A stretch of DNA of 34,828 nucleotides from a virus. Its lineage: Duplodnaviria; Caudoviricetes. How positions within the stretch are numbered: the stretch's first letter is position 1; each line of letters begins with the position of its first letter. This document shows, one piece after another, positions 8,619 to 16,390 of the stretch. The stretch is taken from the IMG/VR virus record IMGVR_UViG_3300044501_000010, positions 1 to 34,828 of that record. One strand, written 5' to 3'. A program made the position numbers and the translations under genes. Under the pieces are notes generated by a model that worked only from the letters and a program-made list of their open reading frames with translations, made no database searches and was not told the DNA's origin.

Positions 8619-9145
8619 TGTGCCGTGTCACCTCGCAGGCGCAAGAGAAAGAAGTCCTTCCTGATCGCAGGCAATCGGTGAGCTTGGCGCTTGATCCAGA
8701 ACGCCTTGACATGCCCGGCGGGGATCGTCCCGATCCGCACTGCCTGGCGCTTCCCCTCGGCATCCCGCCATTCAAATGTGCCCTCTCGACCGTCGCCCCA
8801 GATCAGCGCTTGGGGATCTTCCGTCCTGGCCGGTCTGGCGGGCGTCGGGTCGGCTGCAACCTGCAATAACGCCCCGCCCTCCGCCTTTCGTTCGATCCAG
8901 ATAACCGCGTCGAGCAGCGGGAGCTCGGCGTGACGGTTGTGGAGGAAGAGGCAGCGGGCGTCGAGCAAGCCGTTCTCGTTGTCGGCCCCGGTGATGTCCG
9001 GAAACAGCCCCGTCGATTCATCATTCCATTCCGTCGTTGACACGCGCCCGCCGAGGCTCTGCTCCGGCGCGGAGGCAACATCCATGCCGCGGCCCGCGCC
9101 GGGTTGCGAAAGATGAAACGTCAGATCAAGCGGGACGATGGGCAT
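8615..9145 (-). CDS. Hypothetical virion-associated protein
   Basis: 176 aa, abutting the portal stop; SLGG..S, LFPDITGADN..G..D.RCLFLHN and KAFWIKR resemble phage structural proteins. Confidence 0.65.
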   Translation of the reverse strand: MPIVPLDLTFHLSQPGAGRGMDVASAPEQSLGGRVSTTEWNDESTGLFPDITGADNENGLLDARCLFLHNRHAELPLLDAVIWIERKAEGGALLQVAADPTPARPARTEDPQALIWGDGREGTFEWRDAEGKRQAVRIGTIPAGHVKAFWIKRQAHRLPAIRKDFFLLRLRGDTAQ

Positions 9146-12100
9146 CTAGTCCAGCTGCTCCTCGTCGATCACGGTCGGCAAGCCCCGTTCGTCCCGCTCG
9201 ATGCGCTTGCGGGTCCGCCGCGGCTTGCCGTTCTCCCTCCCGGTGACCACCTCGATCACGATCGGGGCCGGGGCCGGTGAGGCCTCCGGCGCTCGAATCT
9301 GGGTGCCCTTCGCCTGCCTCGCCGGTTTCCCGATGCGTTCCTTCAGCGCCGAGGTCATTACGCACCTACAATTAATCGACTCCTCCGGCCTGTCAATCTG
9401 GCCGGGCGCAGGTCCAGATCCTGCGCCGACTTCGAAATCCTCGTCCAGTGGGATCGGGTTGCCCTGGTAACGCTGATGGGCGGCGACATGCGTCTCCCGA
9501 GTCCGTTCATCTAGGGCGCTATTATGAACAACTAATCCATTGGCAATCATCCAACCGGTTTCAGTGGTATAGTCGTAAACATGGCAACTAGACGCAAAGA
9601 TCTTGACGTCCACGCAGGGGTCATAGCTCAGGAATATCGGCAAGGAAGCTCGACCAGAACTCTCGCACGGAAGTGGAAGTGCTCCCAGCCACGCATCTTC
9701 GAATGCTTGCGGTTCGCAGGCGAAACGCCGCGATCCTTCTCCGAGGCCGGCAAACTGCGTGCCAGCCGAGAAAGCGTCCAAACGATTCGGAAGCGGGTTA
9801 CCGCCGCCAAACGCATCAATACTGGCAGGCGCATGAGCGACAAGGCTCGCATTCGTAATGCGCTCAGCAAAGAACTCACCAAGCCGCACATCGGTAAATT
9901 CGAGCGCGAGCTGGCGAATGCTTTGCGAGTACATGGGCTCCAACCCGGCAGCCAGATTGCGGTGGACCGGTACAACCTCGATCTCGCTCTTCCGTCCATT
10001 GCCATCGAGGTACACAACTCGATGCACCATCCCGACCGAAGACACTATATTCAGCAACGTATTAAACGTCTCCGCGATCTCGGTTGGCATGTGATCTATA
10101 TCTGGTATCAGCCCGGCGTGTGGGGTGGCCCCTTCAACGTCAGCTTGGTCGCAGATCAGATCGTCGCCTTTGCAAACCTCTTCGGCAGCGATCCATCCGT
10201 GCCTCGTCAATACAGGGTGCTGTGCGGTGATGGTCAAGACTCGTCCCGCCATCGTCGTAAGTTTGACCATGCGGCCGTCGTACCATCGGCGCGCCGCACA
10301 GCTGACGCCCAATCCTGAAACCCTAGTTTCGCCACTCACGCAGAGCCATTCCTTGCCCTCGACGACTTCGCTCTGCTCCCAGGCCTCGAGTGTCGCCCCA
10401 TTTGCAGCTGCGAGGGTTTCTGTTCTAGCTATCGTCTCCGGCGTGGAGGCGATCCGGCCCTCCATGACGTCGACGACTCGGGCCGAGAGCTCCGGTATCC
10501 CCTCGCCGGCGCCAATGCCCTCGTTCAGGCTGGCCTTGAGCTCGCGCCAGGTCGTATCGTTAACCTCCTTGGCGAACCGTTGAGCTCGCTGTTCGAGAAA
10601 GCGTTGCACTTCCTGGGTGGCCGCAGAGAATGCCTTGTCGAGGCCCAAGTCCTCGAGCGCGTCCTGGCCAGCAGCCGTGACGATCTCTAGCAGCGGAGCC
10701 CGGGCGGTCGTGCGGAAGGTCCTGACCCATTGCGGCTTGCTGAACGGGTTGTCGGCTATGTCTTTCAAGTCGCGCTTACCACGCTCGCCTAACTTGCTCA
10801 GGACCGACTCGCGCTGGCGCTCGAATAGGTCGACCACTACCCGGCTGAACATCTTCTCGTGCGCCGAACTGCGCCGGATGAAACGGTTCCACATCCGTTC
10901 ATGCTCCTCGGATCCTAGCGGCAGCAGGCGGGATCCGCCCGTTGGCGCCCCTTGCGCCCCGGGCAGCAGCTCGGACAGGTCTTCCTCCGCATCGGCCTCC
11001 TCGGCCGGGGAAGCTGGCTCGGCGCTGGATACCGGCAGCAGACTCAGCGGCGCCCACCAGACGTCACCCCATCCGACCGGATCGAGTCCCTGCTCACCCT
11101 CGCGCCACTCATTGACCGTGATCGCGCCCTTGCTGATCTGCTCCGAGGCCCGCTGCCACTTGGCATCCTCGGCCTCCTGCAAGACCTCAATCCCACTGAA
11201 GTCGAATGCGACCAGATCAGCCTGGCCGTCGAACATCGGGACCAACTGCTCGGTGAGCTCGGCCGCCAGGAACTCGGCCTCGGGGCGCATCGTGCGAGCC
11301 CACAACGCCCGCTCGGATCCCTGGACGTTCTCGAAGGTCCGCTGCCCACCGACCAGATCGAGCGGGACGCCATAGGCGCGGCAGATGTCCTCGAGCGTCC
11401 ACTTGAGCAGTCCGAGGAATTCGGCGTCCTTCGGCGAAAACCCGATGGTCTCGGCCTTGACCTGGTGTTTGAACGCCGCCCAGCGGTGGGCCTTGTCGAC
11501 GCCCTTGAAGCGCTTCTCGAGGCCGGCGACGATGGCGTCGACTTGCTCGTCGCTCCAGACAATCTCCTTCTCGCTCGGCGAGATGATCCCGCCGGCGGTG
11601 ATGCCCTGGGTGAAGATCTTCATGTTGGATTGCATGGCGCCGCTCGAGCTGTCGGCCGCGAGCCGAGCCGCGGCGAGCGGGGAAAGCCCCTCAAATTCGT
11701 CGAGCGGGTTCGGGTAGCGGAACCAAATCGTCTCCTCGGGACTGTACTCGATGTCCTGGGCGGCGGTCGCCCGGGCCTCGAGCACGAAGCCGCTGACGTA
11801 GTCGGTTGGGTGGGGCTTGACCCGCACCCGGTCCGGCCGGGCCCACCAGATCTCCTTCGGCTCGCCGCGGCCACCTGGCCGTTCCAGGAACCAGAAACAT
11901 TCGCCCCAGAGGCCCAGGCTGATCTCGGTCATCCGCCAGAGCCGGGACATTGTCCAGAACTTATTGACCCTGTGCAGCAGGTCGACGAGCGTGCCGGACG
12001 TGATCTGCTCGAGGTCGCCGTCGGCCTTCTGCTTGTAGGCTTTCATCGGCAGACCGGCCAGCGAGCTCGCCCGCAAGTTAACGCAGGCGAAGACGCCGTT

Positions 12101-12232
12101 GGAGGTCGCGATGTAATTGCCGTATTCTTCGGGCGTGAACTCCTCGCTCCGCTTACCCCAAGTCGCGTCGAACGGGTCGACGACCGTCGGGCCTGTGACG
12201 AAGCTGCGCAGATTGGGGACCAGCCGGAGCAC
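9146..12232 (-). CDS. HK97-type portal fused to a MuF/SPP1 gp7-like head morphogenesis domain, intein-containing
   Basis: Portal motifs VFACVNLRASSLAGLP, LWGECFW, FRYPNPLDEFEGLSPL, DICRAYGVP, ITVNEWR..GLDP. MuF motifs TIARTET..A.N, KEWL|SALDERTRETH, INCRC. Confidence 0.9.
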   Translation of the reverse strand: MLRLVPNLRSFVTGPTVVDPFDATWGKRSEEFTPEEYGNYIATSNGVFACVNLRASSLAGLPMKAYKQKADGDLEQITSGTLVDLLHRVNKFWTMSRLWRMTEISLGLWGECFWFLERPGGRGEPKEIWWARPDRVRVKPHPTDYVSGFVLEARATAAQDIEYSPEETIWFRYPNPLDEFEGLSPLAAARLAADSSSGAMQSNMKIFTQGITAGGIISPSEKEIVWSDEQVDAIVAGLEKRFKGVDKAHRWAAFKHQVKAETIGFSPKDAEFLGLLKWTLEDICRAYGVPLDLVGGQRTFENVQGSERALWARTMRPEAEFLAAELTEQLVPMFDGQADLVAFDFSGIEVLQEAEDAKWQRASEQISKGAITVNEWREGEQGLDPVGWGDVWWAPLSLLPVSSAEPASPAEEADAEEDLSELLPGAQGAPTGGSRLLPLGSEEHERMWNRFIRRSSAHEKMFSRVVVDLFERQRESVLSKLGERGKRDLKDIADNPFSKPQWVRTFRTTARAPLLEIVTAAGQDALEDLGLDKAFSAATQEVQRFLEQRAQRFAKEVNDTTWRELKASLNEGIGAGEGIPELSARVVDVMEGRIASTPETIARTETLAAANGATLEAWEQSEVVEGKEWLCVSGETRVSGLGVSCAARRWYDGRMVKLTTMAGRVLTITAQHPVLTRHGWIAAEEVCKGDDLICDQADVEGATPHAGLIPDIDHMPTEIAETFNTLLNIVSSVGMVHRVVYLDGNGRKSEIEVVPVHRNLAAGLEPMYSQSIRQLALEFTDVRLGEFFAERITNASLVAHAPASIDAFGGGNPLPNRLDAFSAGTQFAGLGEGSRRFACEPQAFEDAWLGALPLPCESSGRASLPIFLSYDPCVDVKIFASSCHVYDYTTETGWMIANGLVVHNSALDERTRETHVAAHQRYQGNPIPLDEDFEVGAGSGPAPGQIDRPEESINCRCVMTSALKERIGKPARQAKGTQIRAPEASPAPAPIVIEVVTGRENGKPRRTRKRIERDERGLPTVIDEEQLD
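9565..9573 (+). promoter_or_regulatory. Extended -10 element for the nested antisense ORF (probably leaderless)
   Basis: TGgTATAGT ends 7 nt before ATG 9581; no Shine-Dalgarno in between. Confidence 0.55.
9581..10318 (+). CDS. HTH + DUF559/Vsr-like endonuclease nested antisense within the intein
   Basis: HTH-like EYRQGSSTRTLARKWKCSQPRIFECL; basic NUMOD3-like TGRRMSDKARIR; nuclease-like FERELANAL..QIAVDRYNLDLAL..IAIEVH...H...RIKRLRDLGWHVIYIW. Confidence 0.8.
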   Translation: MATRRKDLDVHAGVIAQEYRQGSSTRTLARKWKCSQPRIFECLRFAGETPRSFSEAGKLRASRESVQTIRKRVTAAKRINTGRRMSDKARIRNALSKELTKPHIGKFERELANALRVHGLQPGSQIAVDRYNLDLALPSIAIEVHNSMHHPDRRHYIQQRIKRLRDLGWHVIYIWYQPGVWGGPFNVSLVADQIVAFANLFGSDPSVPRQYRVLCGDGQDSSRHRRKFDHAAVVPSARRTADAQS

Positions 12233-12249
12233 CAGGCGCTCGAACCAGG

Positions 12250-13731
12250 TTATGCCATCACCCTCCCCTCGATCTGGCCGTAGCCACGCGCGGGGCGGAG
12301 CGAGGCGACCGGATAGCGAAGCGCGTCCAGCAGATGGTAGTGCTGCTTATTCTCAACTTCAGGGAGCACATTACCCAGGCGATCCCTCTTGCGGCGGTAG
12401 GTAGCTATCTCTTTCAAGAGTTCGTCTAGATCCTCGAAGATTACTAGGCGTCGGGTCTTGAACTGAGCATACACGCGGTCGAGCTGCACGTCAAAGTCTG
12501 GGACCGTCGGCTCGCGCACCGGCAGCCCCGCGACCTGGCGGCCATCGACCGTCCCGCCGGCGGCGAATTCGCGACGCCATTGGTCCTCCGAACTCGATCC
12601 ACCCCAGATCCCAAAGAAGCTCGCCGCGAAGCCGCGGAAAGTATCGGCATGCTCAGCCGCGGTCTTCCCGCCGGCGTGGTAGAGCTTGTAGGCATAGAGG
12701 ATCGGAGGGAAGTCTGCCCGGGCGCTGGCCGGGTCCTCAGCCAAGGCCACCGCCGCCATATTGACCCCGCCCGGGTCAATCCCCAAGTAGCGCGGCCAGA
12801 CATCGGGGATGGCGAATCTCGGGCAAGTGTTGAGCTGCAGGTCGAAGCAGTCGTAGATCAAGAGCCGCGAGGCCACTCGCCTTCCCCGGTGCTGCGCCTG
12901 GAAGTCCTCGTCGGGCAGCTCCTCCCGGGCGCTCTCATATTCGGCCCTAGGGTACACGGGGTTCACGATGCTGTCGAATTGGATCAGGGCGATCCCGGCC
13001 TTCTCGTTGTCGGTAACCTCGACCTCGCCGCCGTTCTCCCTGGCAATTGTTGTGCTGCCGCCCCGGATCGCCTTGTCAATAATCTCGGTATCGACCCAAC
13101 CCGGGTCGAAGAGGGTCGTCGAGAGCAGCGCCCGGCCCTGGTAGAGGGCGAGTCGCCGGCGGATGGCCCGCCAGGCGTCGAGCGAGTAGAGCCCGGCCTC
13201 ATCGAGCACGGCGGCCTTGGCATCCCCCGACTCGAGGCCCCCTTCCGCGTCGGCCGACCGCAGGATCACTCGGCCCCACATCAGGTCGTCGGCGTGCCGG
13301 GCCAGGAACTCCCCAGTACGCGGGTCCTTGAGCTCGAGCACCCGGCTGGAGGCCCACCAGCGCGCGACACCCAGGATTTCTTCGAATGCCTGCCGCAGGG
13401 CCGGGAGCAGCTTGAACTTGAAGAGGTCGAAAGTCGCGGTGATGGCCAGATAGTCGCCGGCTCCCCGGCGGCCGATCTCCCTCCAGAGCCACCACGGGTC
13501 GAAGCTGGTTTTTCCGCCCTTGGTCCCGGCGACGATCGCCACCCAGCGGCGCGGCGAATCCCAAGCCGCGTTTTGCCCCGAGTGAAACGGCATCGGGACC
13601 GCGCCCGGCTCGCCGGTGGGGTGGGCGACGTAACGGTCTGGCCATCCGGGCCCGGCCTCAGTCCGCTCGACCGGCGGCAGCAGGTCCTGGTAGAGCTGCT
13701 GGACCGACGATCTGAATAAATCGCTCGGCAA
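12250..13731 (-). CDS. terL: Terminase large subunit
   Basis: Walker A AGTKGGKT, Walker B AVLDEAG, LSTT coupling motif, nuclease GIDPG and HLLDALRY. The TTG start with GAGGA upstream is uncertain. Confidence 0.9.
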   Translation of the reverse strand: MPSDLFRSSVQQLYQDLLPPVERTEAGPGWPDRYVAHPTGEPGAVPMPFHSGQNAAWDSPRRWVAIVAGTKGGKTSFDPWWLWREIGRRGAGDYLAITATFDLFKFKLLPALRQAFEEILGVARWWASSRVLELKDPRTGEFLARHADDLMWGRVILRSADAEGGLESGDAKAAVLDEAGLYSLDAWRAIRRRLALYQGRALLSTTLFDPGWVDTEIIDKAIRGGSTTIARENGGEVEVTDNEKAGIALIQFDSIVNPVYPRAEYESAREELPDEDFQAQHRGRRVASRLLIYDCFDLQLNTCPRFAIPDVWPRYLGIDPGGVNMAAVALAEDPASARADFPPILYAYKLYHAGGKTAAEHADTFRGFAASFFGIWGGSSSEDQWRREFAAGGTVDGRQVAGLPVREPTVPDFDVQLDRVYAQFKTRRLVIFEDLDELLKEIATYRRKRDRLGNVLPEVENKQHYHLLDALRYPVASLRPARGYGQIEGRVMA

Positions 13732-14464
13732 TGGCCGTCCTCACCTTCCGCTGGAGCTGGGGATCCTCGATCAGCTGGACTCCTTCAACGACCGCCAACC
13801 GCAAACCATTGAACGCGAACCGCAGCTGCTCGTCGCGGACATAGCCGCGGGCCCGTTCCCGTTTCTTATCCTCGGTCTCGATCAGTTTGGTGCGGATCTG
13901 CTCGGCGTTCTCGAGCTGCTCCCACGTATCTGCCTGAGCCTGGCTGGATCCCAGCAGCTGCTCGATCGCTCGGCGGTGTTCAAGTGCCCGCTCAGTCTGA
14001 TTGGCATCGATCGCTGTCCACAACCCCTCAAGTTCGCGGCGCAGTTCGCCCAAAAGTCGAGCCGGCGCACCTCCCTGATCGAGGGTCTGGAGTAAAGTGC
14101 CGATCCGACCCTCCCAGGTCCCGATCGCCTGAATCAGGTCGAGCGGATACCCGTGCTGCAGGAAGGCGGTAATCGTCGGCTCGAGCGCGCCCGGCGTGAA
14201 ACGAGAATAACCTTTGCCCTGGTAGTTATAGTGCTCCATGCCGCGGGGACTCTTGCCGCCATCGAACTCGCAGACTGTGGAGTAGTTATTCGGATCGGCC
14301 GGGTGTCCGCCGGCAAGCACCTTCATCGGGATCTTGCTGCATTGCCGGGCATGGTTCTCGTTCCAAGCCTGGCAGCGGGGCTTGCCCGCGTATTGGTGTC
14401 CTTTGGGGAAGGTAGAGGCCGGCTTGAACTTCGCCGGCTTCGGGTGTCTGATGTGCTTGGGCAT
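13658..14464 (-). CDS. Putative terminase small subunit (HGGxSTG-like Cys motif)
   Basis: RCQA...QC..P...VCEFDGGKSPRG followed by a helical region; directly upstream of and overlapping terL. Confidence 0.65.
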   Translation of the reverse strand: MPKHIRHPKPAKFKPASTFPKGHQYAGKPRCQAWNENHARQCSKIPMKVLAGGHPADPNNYSTVCEFDGGKSPRGMEHYNYQGKGYSRFTPGALEPTITAFLQHGYPLDLIQAIGTWEGRIGTLLQTLDQGGAPARLLGELRRELEGLWTAIDANQTERALEHRRAIEQLLGSSQAQADTWEQLENAEQIRTKLIETEDKKRERARGYVRDEQLRFAFNGLRLAVVEGVQLIEDPQLQRKVRTAIAERFIQIVGPAALPGPAAAGRAD

Positions 14465-14517
14465 CGCTCAAGAGGTTCGTTCAGGAGCTCCAGCTCGCTG
14501 CAGGCGCCATCGAGGCC

Positions 14518-14526
14518 ATTCTAGCA
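14518..14526 (-). promoter_or_regulatory. Extended -10 (TGcTAGAAT) upstream of the packaging operon
   Basis: Lies about 54 nt upstream of the TerS ATG; the same 9-mer occurs at 15883 and 17994. Confidence 0.5.
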
Positions 14527-14539
14527 TGCCCTCGCTGAC

Positions 14540-14557
14540 AGGCCCCACGTGGGGCCT
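14540..14557. repeat. Perfect 18-bp palindrome with a near-copy at 14602-14616
   Basis: AGGCCCCACGTGGGGCCT; second copy GCCCCACACGGGGCC 60 bp away. Confidence 0.7.
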
Positions 14558-14716
14558 CCTGGCCGGATGGGTGTTCTCTCCCCCCGGCCGGTTCGCCTGG
14601 CGCCCCACACGGGGCCAATGGTGACCTTGCTGGCGGGGCTGAATTCGGGCCCCTTCCCCTTTGCTTTGGCCGGCTCCGGTGCGGCCCAGTTTGTCCTGGG
14701 GCCCTTATTTTGAGAC

Positions 14717-14745
14717 TTGACTTCTATGCCGAATTATGTCATACT
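14717..14745 (+). promoter_or_regulatory. Sigma70-type promoter of the early arm
   Basis: TTGACT-17 nt-CATACT with TGn extension, followed by a GGAAGGAG RBS and ATG 14769. Confidence 0.7.
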
Positions 14746-14768
14746 TTCCTTACTGGAAGGAGACCCTA

Positions 14769-15107
14769 ATGTTCAATGCTGGAGAATGGGCCGATTTGCA
14801 TGGCGAGGTCGCAATGACCCGGTCGCAGTCCGAGCGCGAGGAAGCTCGGGCAATTGCGGAACGTGAAACCGAAGAAGACGAAGCGGCTGAAACCGCCAAG
14901 GCCGAGCGCCTCTATCGGCGCCGGTCCTTCACGCTTACGCTCACCCCCGACGAGCTCGATTGGCTGCTCGGCGAAGTCCTGGTCGACGCCGCCCCAATCC
15001 ACGCCGCTCGTTACAACGTGAGCGACAAGGGCAATGAAGTTCTTTACTCGCTCGGCCAATGGCAGAGCCAAGTTGAAGCACAGGGTTATCGGTTCGCACC
15101 CCGCTGA
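14769..15107 (+). CDS. Hypothetical early protein
   Basis: Strong RBS; first gene after the promoter; acidic helical N-terminal half. Confidence 0.7.
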   Translation: MFNAGEWADLHGEVAMTRSQSEREEARAIAERETEEDEAAETAKAERLYRRRSFTLTLTPDELDWLLGEVLVDAAPIHAARYNVSDKGNEVLYSLGQWQSQVEAQGYRFAPR

Positions 15108-15199
15108 TCGAATTCCACCCCCGCCCCCGACCCCGTGGTCGCTGGCGGGCGCGGCTATTTGAGCCGATCTGGCTGGAAAATCTGAGAAGGAGGCGGGCG

Positions 15200-15394
15200 A
15201 TGGACCTGACACCGGAGAACAGGACAACGATTGACGGGATGAGCTACGAGGATCTGCTGCGCAAGTGGCGGTTTGCGCCTGCCGGAGATGAATGGTTCCA
15301 GGGCGAGACGGGTAAATACTGGGCGGAACGGATGAAGCAGCTACGCGAGTCTGACCCGGGCGGTGCTGTGGCTGCCTCGAAGCGGCTCAGTTAA
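15200..15394 (+). CDS. Hypothetical protein
   Basis: AAGGAGG RBS; 64 aa (IDGMSYEDLLRKWRFAPAGD.WFQG). Confidence 0.8.
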   Translation: MDLTPENRTTIDGMSYEDLLRKWRFAPAGDEWFQGETGKYWAERMKQLRESDPGGAVAASKRLS

Positions 15395-15419
15395 TAGCGA
15401 TGCCTCAAAGGAGTGTCTG

Positions 15420-15776
15420 ATGTCAAACCTCAATATGTCGCTGCATTTTGAGATCTACAATTCGGCGCTGGCCTGGGCCCGCCGGACCGGCCTTACTGAC
15501 GTAGGCCGGGTCAACCGGGCGCTCGGGATCCTGAAGAAGCCCGGCGCTCTTGATCGGGCGGTCGTCGAATATTCGACCACTCGCAACACTTGTGCCTGTC
15601 CCGACATGCGGGGCTTGATCTGCAAGCACCGGCTGGCGATGATGATGTGGACTCGGGTTCAGGAAGGCAAGTCTGAATTCCTGGGCGTCGACCTCCCGCT
15701 CGACTTCGTCCTGGCGCCAGACGATGGACCCGAACCGCCCGCCGATGATGCCGCCGGAAGCGATCTCGATCTCTGA
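15420..15776 (+). CDS. SWIM zinc-finger protein
   Basis: AAGGAG RBS before ATG 15420; CACPD....CKH motif. Confidence 0.75.
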   Translation: MSNLNMSLHFEIYNSALAWARRTGLTDVGRVNRALGILKKPGALDRAVVEYSTTRNTCACPDMRGLICKHRLAMMMWTRVQEGKSEFLGVDLPLDFVLAPDDGPEPPADDAAGSDLDL

Positions 15777-15862
15777 AGTGCAGGCGCCTCGCTGGCGCCT
15801 GGGCGCTCAGGCCGGCCCGCCCCCCTCGGGTTGGCCTGGGTGGCCAGATGCCAGCGATCCGG

Positions 15863-15891
15863 TTGACCCGTTCGATCGAGTATGCTAGAAT
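15863..15891 (+). promoter_or_regulatory. Sigma70-type promoter
   Basis: TTGACC-17 nt-TAGAAT with TGn extension, in an intergenic region upstream of the recombination genes. Confidence 0.7.
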
Positions 15892-15997
15892 TCGGCATGT
15901 TCGGCCCTGGAAGGAGGCCCATTGTCAGATAGTCCGCTTGTCGTCTCCCGAGCCCGCCGGCCGCGGGCGGTTCCGCGTTCCCCTGGAAGGAGTCGCT

Positions 15998-16390
15998 ATG
16001 ACGACGAAAACAGAGGTTGAAAAGCTCTTGGAGGAGCTCATGTCCGTTGAGGACCAGATGACCGCCCTGCGGTTGCAGCGGGACGAGGCCCGGGAGCGGG
16101 CACTCACCCCGTCGGTCAAGGCCGAACTCGAGGCGATCGACGCCGAGCTCGGTACCCGGCTGGAGCACGGTGAGAGCCTGATCCGGTCCTACCGCGAGAA
16201 GATCAAAGCCGGCGTGCTCGACCTCGCCGAATCGGTCCGGGCCGGCCGACTGCTGGCGGTGTACGCCAACGGCAAGCTGACCTGGGACACGAAGGGCCTG
16301 CTCGGATACGCCAAGGCCCATAAGGAAGTCCGCGAGTTTGCGACCGAGCACGACCCAACCGTCTCAATCCGATGGGTGGAGGGTAAATAG
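15998..16390 (+). CDS. Coiled-coil protein, Mu Gam / Gp157-like
   Basis: GGAAGGAG RBS; N-terminal coiled coil then ..TWDTKGL.GY...P.VSIR; adjacent to the annealing protein. Confidence 0.5.
   Translation: MTTKTEVEKLLEELMSVEDQMTALRLQRDEARERALTPSVKAELEAIDAELGTRLEHGESLIRSYREKIKAGVLDLAESVRAGRLLAVYANGKLTWDTKGLLGYAKAHKEVREFATEHDPTVSIRWVEGK

Larger units (their letters stand above)
9521..10342 (-). mobile_element. Intein (274 aa, residues 631-904) in the MuF domain
   Basis: Block A CVSGETRV, block B LTITAQHPVLTRHGW (TxxH), block F HVYDYTT, block G ANGLVVHN followed by Ser+1. Excision restores KEWL-SALDERTR. Confidence 0.92.
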
